Numbered from the stretch's first letter, positions 31,933 through 41,975 are shown. The stretch is 64,000 bases of DNA from Myxococcota bacterium (GCA_965228475.1 OZ245817.1:2016001-2080000), one strand, 5' to 3'. The notes: generated by a model from the letters alone, not told the origin. Translations and numbers: made by a program.

Positions 31933-32769
31933 TTGCAGCTGAAGATTGGTTCCATTCCGCTCGGCGGCGGGGCGCCGCTCGTCCTGATTTCGGGGCTGAA
32001 CGTGCTCGAGAGCGAGGCCGCCGCGGTCGCGACGGCGACGGCCGTGGCCGAGACCGGCCGCCGCCACGGCTACCCCGTGGTCTTCAAGGCGTCCTTCGAC
32101 AAGGCGAACCGCTCGAGCCACGAGAGCTACCGCGGGCCGGGCCTCGACGAAGGCCTCGCGATCTTCGACCGCATCAAGCGCGAGACCGGGCTGCCGGTGC
32201 TGACGGACGTCCACGAGCCGCACCAGGCGAAGCCCGTCGCGGAGGTGGTCGACTGCCTGCAGATCCCCGCCTTCCTGTGCCGGCAGACGGATCTCATCGC
32301 GGCCTGCGCCGCGACGGACCGGCCGATCAACGTGAAGAAGGGCCAGTTCATGGCGCCGGGCGACGCGCGGCTCCCCGTCGAGAAGGCGCGGCACTTCGGT
32401 GCGGCCGGCGTCTTCCTGACCGAGCGCGGCGCGAGCTTCGGCTACAACGACCAGGTCGCGGACATGCGCTCGCTGGCGATCATGCGGCGCTTCGCGCCGG
32501 TCTGCTTCGACGCCACCCACGCGGCGCAGAAGCCGGTGGCGGGCGGGACCCGCTCCGGCGGCGATCACGACGACGTGGCCCCGCTGGCGCGGGCGGCGGT
32601 GGCCTTCGGCATCGACGCCCTCTTCGTCGAGGTGCACCCGGACCCGGCGAACGCGCCCTGCGACGGCGCGCTCCAGCTCGCCCCGGCGGAGTTCGACGCG
32701 CTCCTGCGCGAGGTCCGGGCCATCGAGACGGCGCTCGATCGCCCGGCCGGCTCCGCCGAAACCCGCTGA
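31933..32769 (+). CDS. kdsA: 3-deoxy-D-manno-octulosonate 8-phosphate synthase
   Basis: TTG start; FKASFDKANRSS, QIPAFLCRQTDL, NVKKGQF, ERG, FDATH, EVHPDP..APCDG. Confidence 0.96.
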   Translation: MQLKIGSIPLGGGAPLVLISGLNVLESEAAAVATATAVAETGRRHGYPVVFKASFDKANRSSHESYRGPGLDEGLAIFDRIKRETGLPVLTDVHEPHQAKPVAEVVDCLQIPAFLCRQTDLIAACAATDRPINVKKGQFMAPGDARLPVEKARHFGAAGVFLTERGASFGYNDQVADMRSLAIMRRFAPVCFDATHAAQKPVAGGTRSGGDHDDVAPLARAAVAFGIDALFVEVHPDPANAPCDGALQLAPAEFDALLREVRAIETALDRPAGSAETR

Positions 32770-32779
32770 GGCGCTCGGG

Positions 32780-34429
32780 GTGGGTTCGGCGGACGGCGCC
32801 GACGTCCGATCGGGGCGGGCGCTGAGCGCCCGGGCCCCTGCGGCCTCGGCCGCCGGGGCTTCGAGCGCGGCCCTCGATGCGCCGCCCTGGCGGCTCCCGG
32901 CGATCGTCGCGGTCGCGCTGCTCGTGCGCACCGTCGCCTGGCTGCGGACCGAAGCCATGATGAACGACGGCCCGACGTTCATCCGCATCGCGCGCCTGTT
33001 CGCCGAGGGCGAGTTCTCCGCCGCCCTGGCCCACGACTTCCACCCGCTCTACCCGCTGGCCATGGTCGCCGCGAAGCCCTTCTTCACGGACTGGGCCGAC
33101 GCGGGCGCCTGCGTGGCGATCCTGTCGGGCGGGCTCGCGGTCTTCGCGCTCCACACGTTCCTGCGAAGCGCCTTCGACGCGACCGTGGCCTGGGTGGGTG
33201 CGCTGCTGCTCGCCGTGCACCCCTACGCGGCCCCGTTCTCGGGCGACGTCCAGAGCGAGGGGCTCTACCTGGCGCTCTTCCTCTCGGCCCTGGCCGCGGT
33301 CTGGCACGCGCTCGGGACCCGGCGCTTCGCGCACGCCGTGCTCGCCGGCGGCGTGGCCGGGCTCGCCTACCTGGTGCGGCCGGAGGGAATCGGGCCGGTG
33401 CTCGTCGGGGCGGGGATGCTCGGTCTCGGCGTGCTGCAACGCGAGTGGCGCCTTCCCGAAGCGCTGCGGACCGGCGCCGCGCTCCTGCTCGGTGCCGGCC
33501 TGTGCATGGTTCCGTACCTCGCCGCCGTGGCCCTCGACGAGGGGCACCTGACCCTGACGCGCAAGAAATCGGTGACGGCGATCGCGACGCTCGACACGCC
33601 GGCCACGGTCCCCGCGCCTCCTGCGCCTGCCCCCGCCCCGGCTCCAGGCGCGGCGCCGAGCCCGTCCGCCTCGACGGCCGCGCCGCCCGAAGCCCCCTCG
33701 CTCTTCCGCGAAACCGCGGCCGCCCTGGCGGATCCCGTGCGCCACGGCTTCCGCACGGATCACCTGGTCCTGCTCGCCTTCGGGCTCTTCGTCTCGCGGG
33801 GGCGCCCCGGGCCGCGCGCCTGGTTCCTCGGCGGAACCGTGCTGCTCTACACCTTCGTGCTGGCCGGGCTCCAGCTCTCCGCGGGCTACGTGAGCATGCG
33901 CCACGTCCTGCCGCCGCTCCTACCGTGCCTCGGCTACGTGGCGCTCGGCGTTCCGGTGGCCGGGCGGATCCTGCTGGCCGGGCCGGCGCGCCTGGCCGGC
34001 CGCGGCGTCTCGCCGCGCGCGGCCCTCGCGGTCGGTCTCGCGCTGCTCGTCCTGGCCTCGACGCTGATGGCGATCCGGCCGCGCCGGGAGAACCGCGTGG
34101 CGATCCGCGCCGCCGCGGAGTGGCTGGCCGCCCAGGAGGCCGACCCGGGCGTCGTCGCGGCCCTGAAGCAGCGCGACGCCTACTATGCGGGCGCCGGGTG
34201 GGTCCGCCTACCGCCGTCCGGGGAAGGGGAGGCCTTCGTCCGGAGCCTGCGCTCCCAGGGCGTAGACTACGTGGTGCTGGACGGCCGCCGGCTCGATCGC
34301 TATCCGGGGCTCGAGGCGGGCGGCCGGCTCGTGCACCGCGAGGACGCGGGGAAGCGCTGGGCCGGGGTCTGGGCGCTCGGCCACGAGGGCCCGGATGCGG
34401 CGCCCGCTCACGGCTCGGAGGTCCGCTGA
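32780..34429 (+). CDS. Multi-pass membrane GT-C fold glycosyltransferase (ArnT/PMT-like)
   Basis: NDGPTF..A, HPLYP, SEGLY, LAYLVRPEG motifs; many TM helices; Pro/Ala linker. Start uncertain. Confidence 0.7.
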   Translation: MGSADGADVRSGRALSARAPAASAAGASSAALDAPPWRLPAIVAVALLVRTVAWLRTEAMMNDGPTFIRIARLFAEGEFSAALAHDFHPLYPLAMVAAKPFFTDWADAGACVAILSGGLAVFALHTFLRSAFDATVAWVGALLLAVHPYAAPFSGDVQSEGLYLALFLSALAAVWHALGTRRFAHAVLAGGVAGLAYLVRPEGIGPVLVGAGMLGLGVLQREWRLPEALRTGAALLLGAGLCMVPYLAAVALDEGHLTLTRKKSVTAIATLDTPATVPAPPAPAPAPAPGAAPSPSASTAAPPEAPSLFRETAAALADPVRHGFRTDHLVLLAFGLFVSRGRPGPRAWFLGGTVLLYTFVLAGLQLSAGYVSMRHVLPPLLPCLGYVALGVPVAGRILLAGPARLAGRGVSPRAALAVGLALLVLASTLMAIRPRRENRVAIRAAAEWLAAQEADPGVVAALKQRDAYYAGAGWVRLPPSGEGEAFVRSLRSQGVDYVVLDGRRLDRYPGLEAGGRLVHREDAGKRWAGVWALGHEGPDAAPAHGSEVR

Positions 34430-35836
34430 ATGCTCTATCGCTACAGCGAAGTCATTCGCAGCGCCCTGTTGGTCGCCGACATGACGATCGTCGGCGTGGC
34501 CTGGGTGGCGGCCTTCTACCTGCGCTTCTACCTGCCGGGCATGCCGCCGCCGAACGGGGAGATCCCGCCCTTCGAGCAGTACGCGGTGCTCCTGCCCGGG
34601 ATCCTGCCGCTCTGGTTCTGGCTCTTCCGCGCGCGCGGTCTCTACGAGGCGCAGCGGACCCACGCCGTCGTGCGCGAGGCCGGCGCCGTCGTCGCGGCCA
34701 CGGCGGTCGGCGTGCTCCTGCTCGTCGCGGCGACCTTCTTCGCGCGCACCTACTTCTATTCGCGGCTCGTGCTGCTGATCTTCGCGGCGCTCTCGGCGAC
34801 GTCGGTGATCGCCATGCGCGCGTCGGCGCGCCTCGCCCTGAAGCAGCTCCGCCGGCGCGGCTACAACCTGCGCTACGTGCTGGTCGTCGGCGGTGGCGAG
34901 CTCGCCCAGAGCGTGATCGAGCGGCTCGAGGCGCACCCGGAGGCCGGCCTGCGCGTGGTCGGCATCGCGGCCGAGGAGGGCAGCCGCCGCGCCGTCCGCG
35001 GCGTTCCGGTCGTGGCCTCCTACGGCCAGATCAAGGACTTCCTCCAGCGCCGGCGGATCGACCAGGTGATCGTGGCGCTCCAGCGCGACGAGTCGCACCT
35101 GCTCGAGAAGGTGATGGCCGAGCTCGAAGACGAGCTTCCGAGCGTCCAGCTCGTGCCCGACCTCGGCCACCTGCTCACCCTGCGCAGCACCGTCGAGGAT
35201 CTCGAGGGTCTGCCGGTGATCGGCCTGCGCGACACGCCCTTCGTCGGAATGGCGGCGGTGTGGAAGCGGGTCTTCGACGTGGTCGTCTCGGCGGGGCTCC
35301 TGCTCGGGCTCTCCCCGCTGCTCGCGGCCCTGGCGCTGGCCGTGCGGGTGAGCTCCGGCTCGCCGGTCTTCTATCACCAGAAGCGCATGGGCCTCGACGG
35401 GCAGGTCTTCTCGATCCTGAAGTTCCGCTCCATGCCCGAGGGTTCGGAGAAGAAGACCGGGCCGGTGTGGATGCAGCAGGGGGACGACCGCCCGACGCGG
35501 CTCGGTGCGTTCCTCCGGAGCAGCAACCTCGACGAGCTGCCCCAGCTCTGGAACGTCCTCCGGGGCGAGATGAGCATCGTCGGGCCGCGGCCCGAGCGGC
35601 CGGTCTTCATCGAGCAGTTCCGCCACGAGATCCCGGGCTACATGCTGCGCCACAAGGTGAAGGCGGGGCTCACGGGCTGGGCCCAGGTGAACGGCTGGCG
35701 CGGGAACACGTCGCTGCACGAGCGCATCGAGCACGACATCTACTACATCCAGAACTGGTCCCTCGGCCTCGATGCGCGGATCGTCGTGCTGACGATCTGG
35801 CAGACGCTCTTCGGCCGCGGCGAGAACGCCTACTGA
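34430..35836 (+). CDS. Undecaprenyl-phosphate glucose phosphotransferase (WcaJ-type priming enzyme)
   Basis: KRVFD, KFRSM, LDELPQLWNVLRGEMSIVGPRPERP, KAGLTGWAQVNG, DIYYIQNWS. Confidence 0.93.
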   Translation: MLYRYSEVIRSALLVADMTIVGVAWVAAFYLRFYLPGMPPPNGEIPPFEQYAVLLPGILPLWFWLFRARGLYEAQRTHAVVREAGAVVAATAVGVLLLVAATFFARTYFYSRLVLLIFAALSATSVIAMRASARLALKQLRRRGYNLRYVLVVGGGELAQSVIERLEAHPEAGLRVVGIAAEEGSRRAVRGVPVVASYGQIKDFLQRRRIDQVIVALQRDESHLLEKVMAELEDELPSVQLVPDLGHLLTLRSTVEDLEGLPVIGLRDTPFVGMAAVWKRVFDVVVSAGLLLGLSPLLAALALAVRVSSGSPVFYHQKRMGLDGQVFSILKFRSMPEGSEKKTGPVWMQQGDDRPTRLGAFLRSSNLDELPQLWNVLRGEMSIVGPRPERPVFIEQFRHEIPGYMLRHKVKAGLTGWAQVNGWRGNTSLHERIEHDIYYIQNWSLGLDARIVVLTIWQTLFGRGENAY

Positions 35837-37020
35837 GCTTCGGCGGGCGCGGCCGTCTCGCGCCAGAGCTGCCGCGCGACCAGCACGTAGAGCGCCAGCG
35901 TCATGAACATGTGGAAGCCGAGCGCGCGCGCCGGGACCGAGAAGACCGCGGCCAGCGAGAGCACGCCGAGGGTGATCACCGTCCGCTTGTGGGTCTCCAC
36001 CAGGTAGACGAAGCACGGCAGGAGCCAGATGAAGTAGTGCGTCCAGACGAGGGGCGAGACGGCCAGCATCGCCGGCGTGGCCAGGGCGAACAGGCCGAGG
36101 AAATCGCGCGTCCTCGGCGCGCGGCGGGTGCGCCAGGCGAAGTAGGCCGAGGTCACCGCCAGCACCGCGACGACCGCGTAGTAGAGCCGCCAGATCCAGA
36201 CGACCGGGATGTCGAGGAGCTGGATCGAGCCCTTGGCGGCGAGGGCCGGGTCGAGGGACCAATCCGTGCTGAAGGATCGGACGAGGGTGATCGCGAGGCC
36301 CTGGTTGTTGTAGCGGAGCCCGCGCACCACCTCGACGAAGCGCTCCGCGCGCTGCTCCGTGCGGACCTCCTCGAACCAGCGCAGGAAGTCTTCGGCGCCG
36401 GCCTGGGCACCGATCGCCAGGGCGACCCAGGCGGCGATGCCGACGCCGGCGAGGGCCGCGCCGAGCAACACGCCCGGGGCCTGCCGCAGGGCGAAGGGCA
36501 CGGCGAGGAGCGCCCCCGGAAAGACCTTGTAGAAGCCGCCGAGCGCGATCAGCGCGCCGCCGCGCACGGCCTGGCCGCGGGCCGCGGCGAGGATGCCGAA
36601 GGTCGCGCCAGCGAGGAGCACCGGCCCGCTCTGGCTCAGCGTGATGTTGTTCACGATGAAGGGCGTGATCGCGAACCAGGCCCAGGCCTGCCGCGCGGGC
36701 GGGGGCCCGCCGAGCTGCCAGAAGCCGTAGGGCAGGGCGGCGAAGGCGAGGTAGGTCAGAAGCACCCAGAGCGCTGCGGCCACGGAGATCGGGAAGGCGC
36801 CGAAGGGCGACATCATGACCTGGAAGCTCGGCGGGTAGCGCAGGGTGCCCTTCTCGAGAAAGAGCTCGCCGTCCTCCCAGACCGAGACGGCGGCGAAGTG
36901 GAAGTTGTCGAAGTCGTTCGAGTGGCGTGCGGCGCGGTCGACGGCGATGGCGCCGAGCGCGATCGCCACCACCGCCAGCGCGGCGGCGGCCAGCCGGGGA
37001 CGTCCGGAGGGGATCTTCAC
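35830..37020 (-). CDS. GT87 (DUF2029) family membrane glycosyltransferase
   Basis: DFDNF, YPPSF, SQ, K-x-F-P, NNQGL, SPLVWTHY motifs with many TMs. Confidence 0.8.
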   Translation of the reverse strand: MKIPSGRPRLAAAALAVVAIALGAIAVDRAARHSNDFDNFHFAAVSVWEDGELFLEKGTLRYPPSFQVMMSPFGAFPISVAAALWVLLTYLAFAALPYGFWQLGGPPPARQAWAWFAITPFIVNNITLSQSGPVLLAGATFGILAAARGQAVRGGALIALGGFYKVFPGALLAVPFALRQAPGVLLGAALAGVGIAAWVALAIGAQAGAEDFLRWFEEVRTEQRAERFVEVVRGLRYNNQGLAITLVRSFSTDWSLDPALAAKGSIQLLDIPVVWIWRLYYAVVAVLAVTSAYFAWRTRRAPRTRDFLGLFALATPAMLAVSPLVWTHYFIWLLPCFVYLVETHKRTVITLGVLSLAAVFSVPARALGFHMFMTLALYVLVARQLWRETAAPAEAQ

Positions 37021-37085
37021 GGCCCATGGGTTAGCGCAGGAGAGCAGGGGGGGCGTTACTCTTCGGCGGCCGAAGAGGGGGAGCC

Positions 37086-37889
37086 GTGACGAACCAGCGG
37101 GCCGTGGACCATGCCTGCGACGAGGCCGTGCTCGACGAGCTGGTCGCGCTCGCGCGGGAAGACGCCTCCCGCGGATTGCTCCAGTTCGGCGGGCGCGTCG
37201 GCGCCGAGCAGTACCGGCTCCTGTATCGAGCGGTCCGGCGTCACGTCCCGCCGGGCGCCGAAGTCCTCGACTGGGGCGCCGGCAACGGACACTTCACGTA
37301 CTACTTGAGCCGTGCCGGCTATCGGGCCACGGCGTTCTCGATTTCGGGCGCACCCTTCGAGAGCTGGCTGCCGCCCGCGGGCTGGCGCTCGGTCGAGGGG
37401 AAGCCCGAGGAGCCGACCCGCCTTCCCTTCGAGACGGCGAGCTTCGACGCCGTGAGCTCGGTCGGCGTGCTCGAGCACGTCCACGAGGCCGGCGGGCGGG
37501 CCGAGGACAGCCTCGCCGAGCTGACGCGCGTGCTGCGGCCGGGCGGCGTCTTCGTCTGCTGTCACCTCCCGAACCAATGGAGCTGGATCGAGCTGGTGGC
37601 GCGCCGGCGGGCGGGCGTCCACACCCATGACGTCCGCTACCGGCCGCGGGAGGTGGAGGCCCTCGTGGCGGGCGCCGGGCTCGAGTGCCTCGAACTCCGT
37701 CGGTACGCGTTCCTGCCGCGCAACCTCTGGTCGCGGGCGCCGCGCGGCGTGGCCGACGCGCGGGCGACCTCGCTCCTCTGGAACGGTGCCGACGCCGTGC
37801 TCGGGAAGCTCTTCCCGTTCCTCTGCCAGAACTACCTGCTCGTGGCCCGGAAGCCGGGCGCCGGGGCATCGGGGGCGGGCCGCGCGTGA
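37086..37889 (+). CDS. Class I SAM-dependent methyltransferase
   Basis: VLDWGAGNG, LPFETASFDAV, VLEHV, RVLRPGG. Confidence 0.9.
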   Translation: MTNQRAVDHACDEAVLDELVALAREDASRGLLQFGGRVGAEQYRLLYRAVRRHVPPGAEVLDWGAGNGHFTYYLSRAGYRATAFSISGAPFESWLPPAGWRSVEGKPEEPTRLPFETASFDAVSSVGVLEHVHEAGGRAEDSLAELTRVLRPGGVFVCCHLPNQWSWIELVARRRAGVHTHDVRYRPREVEALVAGAGLECLELRRYAFLPRNLWSRAPRGVADARATSLLWNGADAVLGKLFPFLCQNYLLVARKPGAGASGAGRA

Positions 37890-39214
37890 AGCGGCTCCTG
37901 CTCGTCAGCTACTACTTTCCGCCCATGGGCGGCGTACCCGTGCGCCGGGTGCTGCGGATGGTGCGCCACCTCCCGGAGCACGGCTGGTCGTGCACCGTGC
38001 TGACGGCCGACCGGCCCTACGACCCGTTCCATCCCGAAGATCCCGAAGGGCTCGAGAACCTGCCCCCGTGCGACGCGGTCCTGCGCGCCCCGGCGCGCTC
38101 CTTTGCCGAACGCGCGATGGCCGCCGCGTGGCGGGGAATCGGCCGGCTGCGCCCGGCGCCGGCCGCCTCTGCTGCGCCCGATTCCGGTGCGGCGGCCCCG
38201 GGCGGAGGTCTCCGCAGCCGGCTCTACGAAACGCTCCAGTTCCCGGACCCGAAGCGGGCCTGGCAAGCCGGCGCCGTCGCCCTCGGCCGCAAGGCCCTGG
38301 CGGAGGCCGACTTCGATGCCGTGCTCGCGAGCGGGTACCCCTGGACGACCTTCCTCGTCGGGGACGCCCTCGCCCGCGAGGCGGGCCTCCCGCTCGTTCT
38401 CGACTACCGCGACGCCTGGACCCTGAACCCGCGCGGTCTCTGGAGCGGCGACCGCCACCGCCGCTGCGAAGCGGAGTTGATCGCGCGGAGCGCCGCCGTC
38501 GTGGTCGCGACGGACTGGATCCGCGACCACACCCGCGAGCGCTATCCCGAACACGCGGCGCGGATCGAGACGCTCACCAACGGCTACGACGTCGATCGCC
38601 CGCCGCCGGATCCCGCACTCGAAGACCCGGAGCGTCTGGTCGCGACCTTCACCGGGAGCTTCAACGACGCGCACCCGCCCTCGGATCTAGACCAGAGCCC
38701 CTATTACCTGATCGAGGCGGCCGCGAGCCTGCCCGATCCGGTCCGCCGCCAGCTCCGCATCCGGCTCGTCGGCCGCGTCGGCGACGTGCACGCGCGCTTC
38801 GCCGAGGAGCGCGGCATCGGCGACGTGGTCGAGATCGAGGGGCCGGTCTCCCACCGCCGCGCGCTTCAGCACCAGGGCGCGGCCGACGTCCTGCTCGTCC
38901 TCGTGTGCCGAGGGCAGGGGAGGGCCGGCGTGCTCACCGGGAAGGTCCTCGAGTACGTGGGCGCGCGCCGGCCGGTGCTCGCCCTCGCGCCCGAGGGCGA
39001 ACTCGCGGGCTTCGTGCGGGCGCGCGAGCTCGGCTGGGTGGAGCCGCCCGACGACCCCGCCGCGATCGCCCGGCGCTTGACCTCGCTCGTCGAGGCGAAG
39101 CGCGCGGGGGAGCTCCCGCGCGAGACGCCGCCCCACGCGGATCTCTCGGCCTCCGGCCGCGCCGCCCGTCTCGCGGAGATCCTCGACGGGTTCTCGCTCG
39201 AAGGGGTCGTCTAG
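37886..39214 (+). CDS. GT4 family glycosyltransferase
   Basis: GTG 37886; VSYYFPP, DYRDAW, TNGYD, TGKVLEY. Confidence 0.87.
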   Translation: MKRLLLVSYYFPPMGGVPVRRVLRMVRHLPEHGWSCTVLTADRPYDPFHPEDPEGLENLPPCDAVLRAPARSFAERAMAAAWRGIGRLRPAPAASAAPDSGAAAPGGGLRSRLYETLQFPDPKRAWQAGAVALGRKALAEADFDAVLASGYPWTTFLVGDALAREAGLPLVLDYRDAWTLNPRGLWSGDRHRRCEAELIARSAAVVVATDWIRDHTRERYPEHAARIETLTNGYDVDRPPPDPALEDPERLVATFTGSFNDAHPPSDLDQSPYYLIEAAASLPDPVRRQLRIRLVGRVGDVHARFAEERGIGDVVEIEGPVSHRRALQHQGAADVLLVLVCRGQGRAGVLTGKVLEYVGARRPVLALAPEGELAGFVRARELGWVEPPDDPAAIARRLTSLVEAKRAGELPRETPPHADLSASGRAARLAEILDGFSLEGVV

Positions 39215-39216
39215 GG

Positions 39217-41145
39217 ATGTGCGGGATCGCCGGCATCCTGCGCTTCGGCGGCGCCCGGGTTGCGCCGGACCGGCTGGCGGCCATGGTCGACGGCCTTGCG
39301 CACCGGGGCCCGGACGATCGGGGCTACCTCGGGGCCGCGGGGGAGACCGTGCGGGTCGGGCGCGAACCCGACGCGGCCGAAGGGGCGACCGTCGGGCTCG
39401 GCCACACGCGGCTCTCCATCCTGGATCTCAGCGCGGCGGGTCACCAGCCCATGGGCCGCGCGGACGGCTCCTCCTTCCTCGTGTTCAACGGCGAGATCTA
39501 CAACCACGTCGAGCTGCGCGCGGCGTGCGAAGCGCGCGGGGAGCGCTTCGCCTCGCGCAGCGATACGGAGGTGCTGCTGGCGAAGCTCGCCGAGCGGGGC
39601 ACCGAGGCGCTCGGCGAGCTCGTCGGCATGTACGCCTTCGCGTGGCTCGATCGCGGGGCCGGACGGCTCGTGCTCGCGCGGGACCCGTACGGCATCAAGC
39701 CGCTCTACTGGACCCGAAGCGAGGGCCGCTTCGCCTTCGCTTCCGAGATCCCGGCACTCCTGGCCGCCGACCCCGGCGCGGCGCGCACGGTGAACCCGGC
39801 CCGCCTCTACGACTACCTCCGCTTCGGGCTCACCGACGACGGCGCCGAGACCCTGCTGGCCGACGTCGCCCAGGTGCCGCCGGGGCATTGGCTCGCGGTG
39901 GATCTCGCGAGCGGCGAACTCGAGGGGCCCGTGGCGTTCCGTCCGCCCGAGGGCCCTCGCTGGTCCGGCGAATCCTTCGCGGACGCGGCCGAGCGGACCC
40001 GGGAGCTCTTCCTCGAGAGCCTGCGCCTGCACCGCCGGAGCGACGTCCCGCTCGGCGCGGCGCTCTCCGGAGGGATCGATTCGAGTGCGATCCTCTGCGG
40101 GCTGCGCCACGTCGAAGGGCCCGGCGCGGACCTTCGCGCGTTCTCGTACGTGGCGGACGACCCGGCGCTCTCCGAGGCTCGCTACGTCGGCGTCGCCGCC
40201 GAAGCCGCCGGCGCGCGGGTCGCCACCGTCACGCCTCGCGTGGAGGAGCTGGTCACCGATCTCGACACGCTCGTCGCCCGTCAGGGCCTTCCCTTCGGGA
40301 GCACCAGCATCTACGCCCAGTACCGGGTCTTCCAGCTCGCGGCGGGGGAGGGCGTGAAGGTCCTGCTCGATGGCCAGGGCGCGGACGAGATCTTCGCCGG
40401 CTACCGCACCTACCTCGCGACGCGCTGGGCCTCCCTCGTCCGCGCACGCCGCTTCGGCGAGGCTGGCCGCTACCTCGCGCGGGTCGCGCGCCAGCTCGGG
40501 CCGGAGGCGAAGGGCTTCCTCGCCCGGGCCGGAGGGCTCGTGCTGCCGAGCGCGCTCACGCCGCTCGCGCGCCGCATGGTCGGCGAAGACCTGGCACCCG
40601 CCTGGCTCGAGCCGCGCTGGTTCGCCGAGCGGGGCGTCGAGCCGAGGCCGCTCTGGCGCTCCACCGCCCGCGACGCCCTCCGTGAGCACCTCCACGAAGC
40701 GGTGTCGCGTATCAGTCTGCCGATGCTCCTGCGCTACGAGGACCGCAACTCCATGGCCTTCTCGCTCGAGAGCCGCGTCCCGTTCCTCGACCCACGCCTC
40801 GTCGGGTATGCGCTCTCGCTGCCCGAGGAGCACTGGGTTTCCCCGCAAGGGCAGAGCAAGGCGGTCTTCCGCGCGGCCCTACGCGGGATCGTCCCGGACG
40901 AGATCCTCGACCGCCGCGACAAGATCGGCTTCGCGACGCCCGAGCGGCGCTGGCTCCGGGCCGTGGGGCCCTGGGTCGAGGAGGTGCTCGCCGGCGAGCG
41001 CGCGCGCGCCATTCCGGCCCTGCGGCCCGAGGCGATGCTCGCGAGCTGGCAGGGCGTGCGCAGCGGATCCGCAGGCTTCGATTGGCGGATCTGGCGCTGG
41101 CTCAACCTGGTGCGCTGGGCGGAGCAGCTGGACGTCGTGTTCTAG
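39217..41145 (+). CDS. asnB: Asparagine synthase-like glutamine amidotransferase (glycan amidation)
   Basis: MCGIAG, HRGPD, NGEIYN, RDPYGIKPLY, LSGGIDSS, GQGADE, EDRNSMAFSLESRVPFLD. Confidence 0.93.
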   Translation: MCGIAGILRFGGARVAPDRLAAMVDGLAHRGPDDRGYLGAAGETVRVGREPDAAEGATVGLGHTRLSILDLSAAGHQPMGRADGSSFLVFNGEIYNHVELRAACEARGERFASRSDTEVLLAKLAERGTEALGELVGMYAFAWLDRGAGRLVLARDPYGIKPLYWTRSEGRFAFASEIPALLAADPGAARTVNPARLYDYLRFGLTDDGAETLLADVAQVPPGHWLAVDLASGELEGPVAFRPPEGPRWSGESFADAAERTRELFLESLRLHRRSDVPLGAALSGGIDSSAILCGLRHVEGPGADLRAFSYVADDPALSEARYVGVAAEAAGARVATVTPRVEELVTDLDTLVARQGLPFGSTSIYAQYRVFQLAAGEGVKVLLDGQGADEIFAGYRTYLATRWASLVRARRFGEAGRYLARVARQLGPEAKGFLARAGGLVLPSALTPLARRMVGEDLAPAWLEPRWFAERGVEPRPLWRSTARDALREHLHEAVSRISLPMLLRYEDRNSMAFSLESRVPFLDPRLVGYALSLPEEHWVSPQGQSKAVFRAALRGIVPDEILDRRDKIGFATPERRWLRAVGPWVEEVLAGERARAIPALRPEAMLASWQGVRSGSAGFDWRIWRWLNLVRWAEQLDVVF

Positions 41146-41300
41146 CGGACCCCGGGCCCCTCGGCCTGTCTGCCCGAAGCCCCTGCGGCTTCAGAGGGCG
41201 CCCTCACGCCTTCTCCGGGGAATCCGCGCCACCTGGCCGGGTCTCGCGGACACTTCGTCCTGGGCGGGATTCGTGCATCCGGCCCCCGAAAGGACTTCCC

Positions 41301-41975
41301 ATGTTGCTTCGCTCCCTGCGCTCCGTCTCGATCTTCGCCCTGGCCCTCGCCGTGGCCGCCCCCGCCTCGGCCATGCTGATCCTCGATACGGGAACCCCCG
41401 ACGAGAGCGGCGCCCAGGGCGTGTACTACGACCCGACCTTCGGGTCCGCCACCTTCGTGGCGCAGGAATTCACGCTGAACGAGAACACGACCCTCTCCGG
41501 GATCGAGGTCTACGCCGGCGGTCTCGCGAACAACGGCTTCCGCCTCCAGGTGGCGACCCAGATCGGCCCGGCGGCGGACCCCTCGGACGTGCTCGGTGGC
41601 ACCGAGATCATGCTCCCCGGGACCCCGTCCTTCAGCACGGATGGCGAGTGGGTGCTCGGCAACATCGACCTCGCGCTCAACGCCGGAACCTACTTCCTGG
41701 TGATCAGCCCCCTCGGCATGAGCGGGAACCCGTTCCTCGGCTCCTCGTTCCTGCCGACGGACGCGCCGAACGTGCTCGGGGACCGCTACACCGCGAGCGA
41801 CGGGATGAACCCGCTCGACAACGTCGATCTCACGGATCCGCTGCTTTCGGGCTTCGTCCTCAACAACTCGTTCCAGCCGGGGATCCGCTTCTACTCGGTG
41901 CCGGAGCCGGCGGCGCTGGCGCTGTTCGCCTCGGTGGGGTGGGCCCTCTTCGGCCGCCGCTCCCGGAAGGGCTAG
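41301..41975 (+). CDS. PEP-CTERM sorting-domain surface protein
   Basis: ATG 41301 after AAGGA; signal peptide AAPASA; C-terminal VPEPAALALFASVGWALFGRRSRKG. Confidence 0.9.
   Translation: MLLRSLRSVSIFALALAVAAPASAMLILDTGTPDESGAQGVYYDPTFGSATFVAQEFTLNENTTLSGIEVYAGGLANNGFRLQVATQIGPAADPSDVLGGTEIMLPGTPSFSTDGEWVLGNIDLALNAGTYFLVISPLGMSGNPFLGSSFLPTDAPNVLGDRYTASDGMNPLDNVDLTDPLLSGFVLNNSFQPGIRFYSVPEPAALALFASVGWALFGRRSRKG

Noticed and set aside
33445..37089. 1214-aa plus-strand ORF and similar long Arg/Pro/Ala-rich ORFs (e.g. 58416-62075, 627-2780)
   Set aside because: Alternative-frame artefacts of high GC overlapping well-supported genes.
37627..41145. 1172-aa ORF suggesting an N-terminally extended AsnB
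   Set aside because: AsnB needs Cys at position 2 (ATG 39217); the upstream part is an off-frame overlap with real genes.
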